A stretch of DNA of 64,000 nucleotides, from contig NZ_FOVE01000010.1 in assembly GCF_900115065.1 (NCBI RefSeq), positions 1 to 64,000 of the forward strand, given 5' to 3'. The DNA is from Formivibrio citricus (GTDB lineage Bacteria; Pseudomonadota; Gammaproteobacteria; Burkholderiales; Chitinibacteraceae). The translations under genes were made by a program, and so were the position numbers. Each line of letters opens with the position of its first letter. Position 1 is the stretch's first letter. A model generated the notes under the pieces. That model worked only from the letters and a program-made list of their open reading frames with translations. It made no database searches and was not told the origin of the DNA. Of this stretch, positions 42,359 through 52,153 are shown one piece after another.

Positions 42359-42387
42359 AGTCTGCCTATTATGTGCTGATCGAGATC

Positions 42388-42948
42388 TTAAGTAACAATC
42401 GGTTGCAACGCGCGCTCCCCGAAAACCCACGGCATCAGTCGTGCAATATTCAACGCATCGTCTAGCCCCCGATGGTGTGTGCCTTCGAGTATCAGGCCTG
42501 CCAGCTGGCAGGCCTTGGCCATGCCCACTTCTTTTCCGATTTTCTGCTTTTTCGCGAACATGCGCTTTGCATTGATGTGTTCCATGCCGATCGGGTCAGA
42601 GATCCCGTGGCGAGCGCACTCCCGCTCGATCTGTTTGCGGTCATAGGCACCCCAACTGGCCCAGAACGAATCTGGAGTTCGGTGCCGCGCAACGAACTCG
42701 CGCAAAGCCCCCGCTGCAGTAGGGAATAGCGCTGCATGGTCGACATCTGCTTGGTGGATGCCTGTCAGAGCGGTGCAGAAGGGGGTGAGCTGGGGCCGCT
42801 CAAGCGGACGGACCAATGACTGGAAACGATCGATGACCGTTCCATCGATATCTGCCCAGCATGCGCCAATTTCGATGATCTCCATGGCTTCGGCCGGAAT
42901 GGAGTCATCGTCAGAACAGGTAGCTTCAAGATCAATGATCAGGAGCAC
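42388..42948 (-). CDS. DEDDh-family 3'-5' exonuclease (DnaQ-like).
   Basis: Exo I LLIIDLEATC, Exo II AMEIIEIGAC and Exo III H...D (THHRGLDDALNIARL). Confidence 0.75.
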   Translation of the reverse strand: MLLIIDLEATCSDDDSIPAEAMEIIEIGACWADIDGTVIDRFQSLVRPLERPQLTPFCTALTGIHQADVDHAALFPTAAGALREFVARHRTPDSFWASWGAYDRKQIERECARHGISDPIGMEHINAKRMFAKKQKIGKEVGMAKACQLAGLILEGTHHRGLDDALNIARLMPWVFGERALQPIVT

Positions 42949-43159
42949 TATTTTTCTCCGCTTTGAGTTTGCTTCGCCGACCTTGGCATTTCCTGCGATG
43001 GTGCCATGGAAATGCTCGCAGACAATTCTTCATCTTATCCCACGGATGCGGCAATTCGCAGGCTCCCTTTGAGTGCCCAGCAAAGGTGAATAGTTATGGG
43101 GTGGGCGGTCTTGTCTTGGTATGGCACAGTAATGGTATCCGTCCAATCTCGGCTTTCTC

Positions 43160-44455
43160 ATGCGCAGCACGATTGAAATTCACCATAAAGGCCTGTGGCT
43201 GCCTGCGGCTGAATTCAGCCCGTTGAGTGCTGTCGCGCACGCGGCAACCTTCGAATATTTGCCGGAGTATGTATATGCCGATGAGTCGTTGCCGGCGCTT
43301 TCGTTGAATCTACCGGTCAGCGATGAGCGTTTGGGCTATTTCGAAGAACAAGCGCCTCTGTGTCCTTCTTCCCTGATCGACCTGGTGCCCCATGGTCGCG
43401 GCCGGAAATTCTTGCTGAATCACTTGGGATTGAAGGCGCGCGAGGATGCTGCCGATTTGTTGCTCGCCCAGTACGGGGCATTCAACCCGATCGGCAATCT
43501 GCGGATCAACACGGCAGTTTCGTTCTATGAGAAGCACCGTAAAGAACATCCTGGCATTCGCACGGGCGGGTTTACCTTTGAAGAAATTACCCGGCCGGAT
43601 GGCTCGTTTGCCGAGTATGTCTGGCAGCATCTGATGCTCGCCGCCGGCGCGACCGGCGTCCAAGGTGCCGCTCCCAAGTTTATGCTGACTCAGAGTAAGG
43701 ATGGGCTGTGGCATGCCGATGCCGCACTGCCGGATGAAGAAGCGCAGAAACATTGGCTGGTCAAATTTGCCCGTGGGACAGATGAGTCGGACCAAAAGGT
43801 GCTTCGCAACGAAGCGGCATATTTGCGCGTAGCCGCCCGCTGTGGCCTGCGCTGCGCCGGCGAACCGATCCTCGCCGGCAACATGCTCTTCGTGCCGCGC
43901 TTCGATCGGCAGGTGCTACCGGACGGCTTGCGCCGATTGCATCAGGAAACGCTCGCCTCGCTGGCCGGTCTGCGTGATAGCGGCTTGCGCACTTCCCAGT
44001 TCGACCTGGTAAATGCTTTTATCCCGCACGTGACCCATCCAGCACAGGAAGTCGCCGAGTTCATTCGGCGCGATATTCTCAACCTCGCCATGCGCAACCC
44101 GGACAACCACGCCCGGAATACCTCCGTGCAAATTCTGCCCGATGGCACAGTACAACTGACCCCGTTTTACGACTTCGCGCCGATGTATCTGGATAAGGAT
44201 CTGATCACCCGTGGCTGCCGTTGGGCGCTACCGGGCAAGAACGAAATGACGGACTGGGGGGATATCGTCGGGGCGCTGCAGATCGACGACTCAGACAAAC
44301 GGCAGGTGATGGTATCCCTGCGCAGCTTCTACGGAATGATCCATCAACTGCCGGAAACCATGTTGGCTTGCGGTGTCGATCGACAGATTATCGATGATTG
44401 CGAGCAGGGTATTGAGCAGCAGATGACTCGACTGGCGAGAATTCGTCCAATTTAA
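43160..44455 (+). CDS. HipA-like Ser/Thr kinase.
   Basis: GVQGAAPKFMLT (compare HipA GAQEKF), NPDNHARNTSV (compare the catalytic DxHxKN) and PFYDFAPMYL (compare the YD/DFG-like motif). Confidence 0.75.
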   Translation: MRSTIEIHHKGLWLPAAEFSPLSAVAHAATFEYLPEYVYADESLPALSLNLPVSDERLGYFEEQAPLCPSSLIDLVPHGRGRKFLLNHLGLKAREDAADLLLAQYGAFNPIGNLRINTAVSFYEKHRKEHPGIRTGGFTFEEITRPDGSFAEYVWQHLMLAAGATGVQGAAPKFMLTQSKDGLWHADAALPDEEAQKHWLVKFARGTDESDQKVLRNEAAYLRVAARCGLRCAGEPILAGNMLFVPRFDRQVLPDGLRRLHQETLASLAGLRDSGLRTSQFDLVNAFIPHVTHPAQEVAEFIRRDILNLAMRNPDNHARNTSVQILPDGTVQLTPFYDFAPMYLDKDLITRGCRWALPGKNEMTDWGDIVGALQIDDSDKRQVMVSLRSFYGMIHQLPETMLACGVDRQIIDDCEQGIEQQMTRLARIRPI

Positions 44456-44470
44456 CCCACTAGGATTTTT

Positions 44471-45262
44471 ATGCGGTACCTGTTTTCTACACTGCTGTTC
44501 TCTGCGGTACTGCTTGCAGGCTGTAAAGACTCTCCTGCTGCCCAGCAAGCTGTGGCAACTCCGCCGGAATCTCAACCTAACTCGGTGATGGCCGTTGAAC
44601 TGGTCACCAGCAAAAAACAGGTCGGGCATCGTAATTTCAGCTCGGCAAAAAAAATCCTACCTGAGGTCTATGCCGGACTGGCAGAAGACATTTATTGCGG
44701 TTGCAAATACACAGGCAAGGACGTGGATCTCGCGTCCTGCGGGTATGTGCCGCGCAAGAATGCAAACCGCGCCCAGCGAATCGAATGGGAGCATGTGGTT
44801 CCGGCCAAACACCTTGGTTCACAACGCCAATGTTGGCAGGACGGTGGCCGGAAAAATTGCAGCGGCAAAGACCAGCTCTTTGATCAGATGGAAGGCGACC
44901 TCAATAACTTGGTGCCAGCCGTGGGCGAAGTTAACGGAGATCGGGGTGATATGAGCTATGGCGCTTGGACCAACAACCCGACTCCGGTCTATGGGCAATG
45001 CAAAAGTGTGCCAGATTTTAAGAACCGGCGTTTCCAGCCAAGAGAAGAAGTACGGGGGAGAGTCGCCCGGATCAGTCTGTACATGCACACACGCTATAAC
45101 CTCAGCATGAGCAACCAAGACAAAAATCTCTGGTGTGCGTGGGCTAAAACCTACCCGGTGGATGCGTGGGAGATTGAGCGAAACAGACGGGTCAGTCGCT
45201 GGCAGGGTGAGGGGAATTTGCTAGTTGAATCTCCAGAGAAATTAACTGGTATATGTCAGTAA
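44471..45262 (+). CDS. endA: Endonuclease I (EndA/Dns family) with a lipoprotein signal.
   Basis: LLAGC lipobox. IEWEHVVPAKHLGSQRQCWQDGGRKNCSGKD...VGEVNGDRGDMSYGAW is near-collinear with E. coli EndA. Confidence 0.88.
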   Translation: MRYLFSTLLFSAVLLAGCKDSPAAQQAVATPPESQPNSVMAVELVTSKKQVGHRNFSSAKKILPEVYAGLAEDIYCGCKYTGKDVDLASCGYVPRKNANRAQRIEWEHVVPAKHLGSQRQCWQDGGRKNCSGKDQLFDQMEGDLNNLVPAVGEVNGDRGDMSYGAWTNNPTPVYGQCKSVPDFKNRRFQPREEVRGRVARISLYMHTRYNLSMSNQDKNLWCAWAKTYPVDAWEIERNRRVSRWQGEGNLLVESPEKLTGICQ

Positions 45263-45329
45263 CGCAGTGGTTGTGCCGGGAAATTAGACCGTGTCCATGA
45301 GGCGTGTCCTTGGGTTTGGCGAGTTCAAC

Positions 45330-45520
45330 CTTGCTTGCAAGCATTCACGCCATGGACAACAAATACATTCTTGGCGAGAGCGATACCAACGGTGATAATA
45401 ACCATTAATTTCCCATTCTGTAAGCGATCCAATGCAATTTGGAAATCCTGTTATGTCACTTCGTTGCGGCTACGGGACGGGGAAGCCCCGATCATACGTT
45501 AGGTATACCCATGGAATACG
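45330..45520 (+). repeat. Direct repeat of about 190 bp with mosaic conservation, copy 1 (the second copy is at 52795-52990).
   Basis: Shared blocks are cattcacgccatg, acattcttggcgaga, cggtgataata, gtaagcgat, tggaaat, cacttcgttgc, cgggacggggaag and cgttaggt. Variable segments and an 18-bp indel lie between them. Confidence 0.7.
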
Positions 45521-45972
45521 ATCTTCGTTCAGCGTTGCCGCAGTTAGTTCCAAAGGCTATTGCATGGGCAGAAGCCCAAAATTCTTTCATTGGGCAGATT
45601 GGCCAGCCCCTAAATGATGCTCTGCTTTCCGTTGCACGAAATGTCGGAGTAATGCGTCCAGAGCTTATTCGCGTCGCTGAAGTCCCTCAGCTTCCTTTGC
45701 CAGAAGATCAGGCGTTGCAACAGGCTGCCATCGCAACTGGACTACTAGGTCCACATATGACTGGAATGACTTTTGGTTACGCTATCTACATATGTCGAGG
45801 GCAAAGCACTATCAGACTTCTGTCCCATGAATTTCGCCATTCGTTCCAGTATGAGCAGGCTGGCTCGATTGCGGCATTTCTCCCGACGTATCTTCAACAA
45901 ATTGCTACCGTTGGATATCACAATGCTCCATTTGAAATCGATGCCCGCGCCCATGAAATAGACCACGCTTAA
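45511..45972 (+). CDS. Small hypothetical protein with an HExxH motif (possible ImmA/IrrE-like or other zincin).
   Basis: LLSHEFRHSFQYEQAG contains HEFRH. ATG verified at 45511 (MEYDLRSALPQ). Confidence 0.3.
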   Translation: MEYDLRSALPQLVPKAIAWAEAQNSFIGQIGQPLNDALLSVARNVGVMRPELIRVAEVPQLPLPEDQALQQAAIATGLLGPHMTGMTFGYAIYICRGQSTIRLLSHEFRHSFQYEQAGSIAAFLPTYLQQIATVGYHNAPFEIDARAHEIDHA

Positions 45973-46002
45973 CTTCCTTCTAACATTGGGCATCACATCA
46001 CA

Positions 46003-46704
46003 ATGACACCTCATCAAGCCAATCTACTGGAAAAGGAAGACTGGCGCTTCCATGCAATCGATGCCACCGGAACAGGACTCGGCATACTTGCCACAACAGA
46101 GATGCTAGCTAAGCGGCATCTCAGTTTTGGCCTGCCTTCTGCACCGGCACTCTATTTGAGTTTGGCGCGCAATGCGCATGCCCGCCGCGTCGCAATCGAC
46201 GTTGATATGTGCTTTGTCAGCCATCCCAAACCACAGGGAACTTGGCCTGAAGATCACCGAGTTCTTTTCGACTTCTTTGAGCTATTTATCGCTGAAGTCA
46301 TTTTTTCCTTCACTGCCATTGAAGCGTTTGCAAACGAGTCGATTCCGGCGAACTTCATCTACTTATGGAAGAACGCGAAAGAAGTGAAGCAGCTTTCCCG
46401 CGCTGACATCGAACGGTTCGTTCAACTCGACGAAAAGCTGAAGCGCGTTCTCCCGATGGCCCACAATATTAAGAGCCCTGCAGGAACCAAGGCTTGGCAA
46501 GGGTTCAAGGAATTAAAAACCATTCGCGACCGTGTCATTCATATGAAGTCTGTCGACCGCCGAGCGTCAGGTCCAGAGCATCAGACTTTATGGGGGCTCA
46601 TGCTCGAACAGAAACAACAGGACTTTGCGGAAGTCGCCTATCGACTAATCGGCGGCTATCCGGCACTTGTCGGCGAGCGCCGTTGGTACCGGTCATGCCC
46701 GTGA
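46003..46704 (+). CDS. Hypothetical protein.
   Basis: 233-aa ORF with no recognised motifs. Confidence 0.35.
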   Translation: MTPHQANLLEKEDWRFHAIDATGTGLGILATTEMLAKRHLSFGLPSAPALYLSLARNAHARRVAIDVDMCFVSHPKPQGTWPEDHRVLFDFFELFIAEVIFSFTAIEAFANESIPANFIYLWKNAKEVKQLSRADIERFVQLDEKLKRVLPMAHNIKSPAGTKAWQGFKELKTIRDRVIHMKSVDRRASGPEHQTLWGLMLEQKQQDFAEVAYRLIGGYPALVGERRWYRSCP

Positions 46705-46869
46705 CGTCCACCCCATCAATCGAGCGAACCTCGCGCGAAAAGCTGCGCGAGGCTGCTTATTTCAAACGTTGAAGTTGCCGCTTCTAACACCAGTTCTTGT
46801 AGGCCCGATTAACGGCCACCGATTCAGCTAACGTCGAACAGGCGACCTGCGCAAAGAAAAGGGATTAGC

Positions 46870-48240
46870 ATGATTGAGTTTGAAGTCTTTAGCGACGACC
46901 CGGAGGTCGTCGAACTCGTGGAAAAATACTGGAGCACCGACAATAACGGCAAATACCTCCATAATGTGGCCGACCTGCTGCCATTCCGCGAAATTACCAC
47001 CACCCCCAAACTCCTTACTTTCATCAGCGGCGAGTCGAGAGCATGGAACCCAGACAACTTTTGTCCTATCTGCGGGGACAACATATCCGTTCGTAGCCGC
47101 ACGGATCCTGCAATTAAGAAACTCCGCAGGTTATCCCCTTGCAATCACTGCCAAGAGCTACAAGCAAGGGACCGAGCGCGAAATTTGGCTGTTGAGCAGG
47201 AAGCGCTTGCCGAGGCAATGCGTAAAGCCTCCGATTCGGCGAGGATGCTTGAGATCGAATACGGCCAATTACCGGATGACATCGCTTTGATCGTACTTGC
47301 GTTGGAACGTGCCATCTGTCCCAAATTGGTCGAGGGAGTTTTTGAGACGGCCGATTTACGCTCTCTCATTAATGGCCCCGTGTCCCCGTTGATCGAGCGA
47401 CTTATTAATGCGAATGTCATCTCCGACGATCCCGCCTTCTCCCAATCTGGTGCCTATTGGTTGGAGGACGGAGAACTCTGGTTCAATATGGCAAAAGCCC
47501 GTTATTTTCTCGTGCCAGACAGAACCTATGGGGCAAGCGAGGATGCACTGACCTACCTCGATAATCGCCCGTGGGACAAGAATGACGAGTTGCGTTCACT
47601 TTGGCTGGATTATGCGACTGCCGAATGCATCACTTATTTTTTAAACCAGTGTGGTCGATATTCGCTTAATCCAGAATCAAAGGACGTCGACAACATCACC
47701 AGTCAGATCAGGGTCGCACTTGACCAATACAGCATTCAGGAACTTTGGTGTGCCACATGGATAGTCGTGAAGGATGCCGCATCCCTATGCAAACGCGAGT
47801 TCTACAACGTGACCAAAGCGACAGCCACGATGCCAGGGAAGTTACAACGCCTTCTCGAAACCGTACGCAAAAAACAACGGTTGCCTCTTAAGGCATGGAC
47901 CCGGCCGCAACAGCAACCTGCTGGCACACTAGGAGAACTTTTCTACGAGCGCTATGGATTGAATGAATCGACGCCAGGTGCTGAGGCTATGCGAATATTT
48001 GCCAGTCCAGCGCCTCCCGCATACGACCCATTCTTGGAAAGCGAAATTGTCCAAAAGGGATTGATCGATGTGCTGGTCGAGCGTATTCACCACTACAAGT
48101 TAGGGGCGCAATCGCTCTCGATTTTCGCTGCAGGAATCCGGGAAGGACTAAGTATCGAGGACGCTATTGCTAGGCTGCTTTGCGGCCTGCCAAGCTTGCA
48201 ACAAGGGATCAATAATGGCGGCAATTTATCGGATTGCTAG
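46870..48240 (+). CDS. Hypothetical protein.
   Basis: 456-aa ORF with an N-terminal Cys cluster (CPICGDN...CNHC). Confidence 0.35.
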   Translation: MIEFEVFSDDPEVVELVEKYWSTDNNGKYLHNVADLLPFREITTTPKLLTFISGESRAWNPDNFCPICGDNISVRSRTDPAIKKLRRLSPCNHCQELQARDRARNLAVEQEALAEAMRKASDSARMLEIEYGQLPDDIALIVLALERAICPKLVEGVFETADLRSLINGPVSPLIERLINANVISDDPAFSQSGAYWLEDGELWFNMAKARYFLVPDRTYGASEDALTYLDNRPWDKNDELRSLWLDYATAECITYFLNQCGRYSLNPESKDVDNITSQIRVALDQYSIQELWCATWIVVKDAASLCKREFYNVTKATATMPGKLQRLLETVRKKQRLPLKAWTRPQQQPAGTLGELFYERYGLNESTPGAEAMRIFASPAPPAYDPFLESEIVQKGLIDVLVERIHHYKLGAQSLSIFAAGIREGLSIEDAIARLLCGLPSLQQGINNGGNLSDC

Positions 48241-48253
48241 TCATTACCAATAA

Positions 48254-49618
48254 TCAGCAAGAGGCTTGGGCGGCGGAGGCATCCCAAGCCTGTAACTTTC
48301 TCCATACCTCTGGAAACAGAAAAGCGGTGACCGGGTCTTTGGCTCGGTCCCGGTTAAACCGTGCATCTCCCTGGGCTTTGGCTTCGCGACATTCTTTCTC
48401 TTTTCTTTCCCATTTCAGCCCTTGGGCGTCGCGGGTATCCTCTTGTTTAAGCTGCTCCCGTCGACCATAGACGGCTATCGCGGCCAGGAAAGGCTGTAAC
48501 ACTTCCGGATAGTCGTTTACCACGGTATGCGCGGCAGAGATTAACTTGGCGTGTCTCCAGTGCACGGGTTTCCCAGCCTGAGCCGAGAATAGCGCACTAA
48601 GTAGGCCAAGGGCGTCGTCAGGCCACTGTGGTAGCAATACGCCATACTGCAAGAACTCTGTTTGAAATCGGCGCCAGGTTTCCAGGTCATGGTTCTTTCG
48701 TGACCACCACTGGACAAAGCGCTGCTTCAGATCGATTTTTGCTCCGTCCTGGGCTTGCTGGGCTCGGCTTTGGTCATAGTCGAAGTGAAATACCCGGTAA
48801 TTGTCAATGTCGTGGTGCAGCTCCGGCAAGGTGACAAAAGCGTTATTCCAGACGTCCTCTATACCGCTTGCCGTCCAACGAGGCTCTTGCCAGTGGCAAT
48901 CCAGCATGAATGCCTGACTTTCCTTAGATAGGGCGAGCGTTTGCTCCGAGGCCAGAAACAGATTCCGATTATTGTTGTAGAAAATATCGTCCTGGGTCAT
49001 CCGGGCATCGGTCGGGTCAAAAGACTGAAACACCCAGCATAACAAGGCGCCATACTGGCGATAAAACAGCCGGCGTTCAGCAATTACATGCAGGAAAGTG
49101 GTCGACAGCTGAATTTCAAAGACTACCGGGATTTTTCCATCCAAGACCGCGCGCACATCTGGTTTACGCCACGCACCACCGTCGCCTTTGCAGACCTGTT
49201 CTATCTCGATAGGGCTGCTGGAAAATCGCGGGTCCTGTGCCAAGCTTTCGGCGATGATTTCCTTCATCCGGAAATGCGCAGCACTCTCTTTCACCCCGTT
49301 GTACTTCCGGGCGGTAATCTCGTCCTTATTCAAGGCCCCGCGCGTGATGGCTGGGCAATTTCCATCCTCAATACGATGCTTGAAGTAGAAGCGCTTCCCG
49401 AATTCCTTGGTTTTGTGCACGCACAGATAGACACCTACCCGGCATATGGGGCAGATGACTTGGTGGCTATCGGTGGCATTTTCTTCCGCAAGACGCATTC
49501 GAAATTGCTCTGCCACGCCATAATCTGTGCCGATGGCAGCCTGCGCCGTCAATAATTGACCTGTTTCTAGGTTCAAAACCTCTTCAATTTCTGGATTGCG
49601 TACACACAAAGAATCCAT
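48254..49618 (-). CDS. CoiA-like competence/nuclease-family protein (tentative).
   Basis: N-terminal CPICRVGVYLCVHK...KHRIEDGNCP and a central VVFEIQLSTTF (the EIQ motif recalled from the CoiA family). ATG verified at 49616-49618. Confidence 0.4.
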   Translation of the reverse strand: MDSLCVRNPEIEEVLNLETGQLLTAQAAIGTDYGVAEQFRMRLAEENATDSHQVICPICRVGVYLCVHKTKEFGKRFYFKHRIEDGNCPAITRGALNKDEITARKYNGVKESAAHFRMKEIIAESLAQDPRFSSSPIEIEQVCKGDGGAWRKPDVRAVLDGKIPVVFEIQLSTTFLHVIAERRLFYRQYGALLCWVFQSFDPTDARMTQDDIFYNNNRNLFLASEQTLALSKESQAFMLDCHWQEPRWTASGIEDVWNNAFVTLPELHHDIDNYRVFHFDYDQSRAQQAQDGAKIDLKQRFVQWWSRKNHDLETWRRFQTEFLQYGVLLPQWPDDALGLLSALFSAQAGKPVHWRHAKLISAAHTVVNDYPEVLQPFLAAIAVYGRREQLKQEDTRDAQGLKWERKEKECREAKAQGDARFNRDRAKDPVTAFLFPEVWRKLQAWDASAAQASC

Positions 49619-49824
49619 CCCCGGATACCTCTGAGGGCAAAAGCCCAGTTTAGCTCGCTCACAAAGGTAGAGCACCGCAATCCCGATTACCTCGTCCTGA
49701 CGATCAGTTCATTTAAACTGTTGTGCAGGCGAGCGATCTCTTGAGACTCAGTCAAGAAGGACTGAGGCTTTGTACGGATAAAGAAAAACCCGACCGAGGC
49801 CGGGTTTGTCGTGCGACTTTTGGG

Positions 49825-50799
49825 CTACGGCTGCAGCGTGACGGAGACAACCGTCGCCGTTGTAACCTCTCCGCGCAACTCCGTAGCATTAATACTCAGA
49901 TACACCTTGCTTCTATCCCACTCAGCTCTTTGTAGGATCTTGATCTGTTCCTGATCCAGGCTTGCATCCCTGAATTTCGCATAGAACTCTTTACCATCAC
50001 TGCAACGATTCAATTTCAAGCGAACCTCATCAGGATGACTGTGGTGCACCTCAATGATGATGTAATTACCATTCAATTGGACATCAATCGATTCTGCTCG
50101 GGCAGAATGAGCAAGCTTACGAGCAGATTCTCCGGACAGCGTCAGGTCCCCGACCTGTATCATTTTTGCGTCCGCTGTCCCCTTCAATATTTCATTTCGC
50201 GCCTGATCAAAATCACTCTTTACGTGCAATAGCCGCTCATCGCGACTAAGTGCCTTTGCCATAATTTCAGATCGTTTAGTTTCTTGCTCAGACAGGGCGA
50301 TGGCTTTATGCGTTTCCGCATCAACTTCTTTTTCACGCACTCGTGCGTTAAGAAATGCCTTGTAAGCCCAACATCCTCCTGCGATCAGCGCGATGGAAAC
50401 CACCATCGTAACAACTTGCTCCGGAGTCACTTTGTCTATCACCTGTGTGGTCACGGTCTTGAGATACTCAGTTAAATCAACTGGCAGATTTGTGCTTCCC
50501 TTCTGGACTTTAACCTTCAGGCGCAGTTGATCTTTCTCAGTTCCATTCAAGCATCTGGCGTTGCTTTTGTTGTGGACAATGCGAGCATAAGAACGGTGAA
50601 TGGCATGCTGTAGCTCAATGATTGCATTAGCCATCTCTGGGGTGATTGTACTATCGTAACCTTCGCCACACACCCGGATGTTGACGACTGGCCACCCTTT
50701 AAAATCCAGTTCCAGCGCGTCCATGCCAATCTTTCCGCCAAGGGCATCCTCTAGCAGCAAGAAAGCTTCAGACTCGTTCTCAATCGTGTACTTCATCAA
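49825..50799 (-). CDS. Hypothetical protein with one central TM segment.
   Basis: 324-aa ORF containing VVTMVVSIALIAGGCWAYKAF. Confidence 0.35.
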   Translation of the reverse strand: MMKYTIENESEAFLLLEDALGGKIGMDALELDFKGWPVVNIRVCGEGYDSTITPEMANAIIELQHAIHRSYARIVHNKSNARCLNGTEKDQLRLKVKVQKGSTNLPVDLTEYLKTVTTQVIDKVTPEQVVTMVVSIALIAGGCWAYKAFLNARVREKEVDAETHKAIALSEQETKRSEIMAKALSRDERLLHVKSDFDQARNEILKGTADAKMIQVGDLTLSGESARKLAHSARAESIDVQLNGNYIIIEVHHSHPDEVRLKLNRCSDGKEFYAKFRDASLDQEQIKILQRAEWDRSKVYLSINATELRGEVTTATVVSVTLQP

Positions 50800-50855
50800 C
50801 GCCCCCAGTGTTTATTGTAGAAAAGTATCCAAATACGATTTATCGTCCATTCCAA

Positions 50856-51131
50856 TCATTGTCTCCCCGTCTTCCACTCCGCAACCATTGCCTTCGTCAC
50901 ATCCTTCGGGTAGCACTGCGGGGCATAGCCACCCGGTCGACTGTACGCGCTGCGTTTTCCACAACTACGCCCAGCCCGATCTGTGTTGTAGGGACACGGG
51001 CAGTTGCCTGGATAGTTCGCGATGGAGTCCTTGATGATTAGCTGCTTTATCTGGGCGTCAGAGAGCGGAACGCGGGCGATAACCGCTCCGGGAAAGATGA
51101 GCGCGAAAACGATGGCAAGGCGGAACATCAT
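50856..51131 (-). CDS. Small secreted Cys-containing protein.
   Basis: Signal peptide MMFRLAIVFALIFPGAVIA. Confidence 0.35.
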   Translation of the reverse strand: MMFRLAIVFALIFPGAVIARVPLSDAQIKQLIIKDSIANYPGNCPCPYNTDRAGRSCGKRSAYSRPGGYAPQCYPKDVTKAMVAEWKTGRQ

Positions 51132-51134
51132 GAC

Positions 51135-51386
51135 TTATCGCCGCTTGGTATAGTGATCATTTGTCCGACGGTTTTTATACTTCCCTCCCTTGTGGGATGA
51201 ACCTTTACCCCCGGCATAATGCCCGCCTCTGTTGGGGTATGTTTTTTTGGAATACGATTTCTTCGAGTAAGACTTGCTGGCGTGGGATTTGCCGCCACCT
51301 CGGCTGCCGCGAGCCTCTGCCGGCATAGAAGCAAGACCAAAGCAAACAAGAAGCACAATCAGAAAATTACGCATACATCCCCTCAT
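51135..51386 (-). CDS. Small secreted basic Gly/Lys/Tyr/Ser-rich protein.
   Basis: Signal peptide MRGCMRNFLIVLLVCFGLASMPAEA, then the low-complexity KSYSKKSYSKKTYPNRGGHYAGGKG. Confidence 0.35.
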   Translation of the reverse strand: MRGCMRNFLIVLLVCFGLASMPAEARGSRGGGKSHASKSYSKKSYSKKTYPNRGGHYAGGKGSSHKGGKYKNRRTNDHYTKRR

Positions 51387-51446
51387 TTATAAAAAACGTG
51401 AACGATCCATCTTCCAGTGGGCAACTGGGGCGATGTGCAGCACCGC

Positions 51447-51932
51447 TCATTGCACATCGAATTCAAAAACGTGTGCCAAAGACCCTTCGATAAAAACGCG
51501 AATGACATATCGTCCCTTTGGGTCTCCCGGAGCTACGGCCCAAGAATTGAAAATAATGCCGCGCTCCGGGGAAACTTCCCGCTCTGTTATCGAGACGCGT
51601 CCATCGGTCGAGACCGAGCGAGTTCCTTGCGATTCGGGGGCTCCCCAAGTGTCTGGCTTGGTAGGAAGGGTGAACTCTTCCCGCCATTTGATCGTAGGCT
51701 TGTTCGTTCGAAGCAGAATGACCCAGCCGTAGCTTTGGTCTGGTGTTAAGGGCACTACTTTCACGGACTCGAACAGAGGTCTTCCGGATTCCGCTGAATT
51801 GAAAAGGCCGAAATCGGCGCTGACCACTTCGAATACCCTGGATGGGCCGTCAGTCGGGTTCAGAGGCAAGGCAACGGCTGGGCCGCAAAGAACAAGAGCA
51901 ATCAGTGAAAGCAGGGCGATCAGTCGGTTCAT
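51447..51932 (-). CDS. Secreted hypothetical protein.
   Basis: Signal peptide MNRLIALLSLIALVLCGPAVA. Confidence 0.4.
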   Translation of the reverse strand: MNRLIALLSLIALVLCGPAVALPLNPTDGPSRVFEVVSADFGLFNSAESGRPLFESVKVVPLTPDQSYGWVILLRTNKPTIKWREEFTLPTKPDTWGAPESQGTRSVSTDGRVSITEREVSPERGIIFNSWAVAPGDPKGRYVIRVFIEGSLAHVFEFDVQ

Positions 51933-52153
51933 GTGCGTACTCGCAAAAAGGGGTGATCCGTGTCGATACTACGGTCGAAGCTGCATGGGCAACGAAGTGC
52001 AAATTCTTATAATTACCATGCCTTGTTTAATTGCTTACGAAACGAGAAAATCATGGTTATTATCACCGCTGGCTTCCATCTCGCCAAGCATGCCATTCAG
52101 CAAATTTCGTGAATGAAAAGATGTGATTTACATGACCGAAATCCGGGGAAACC

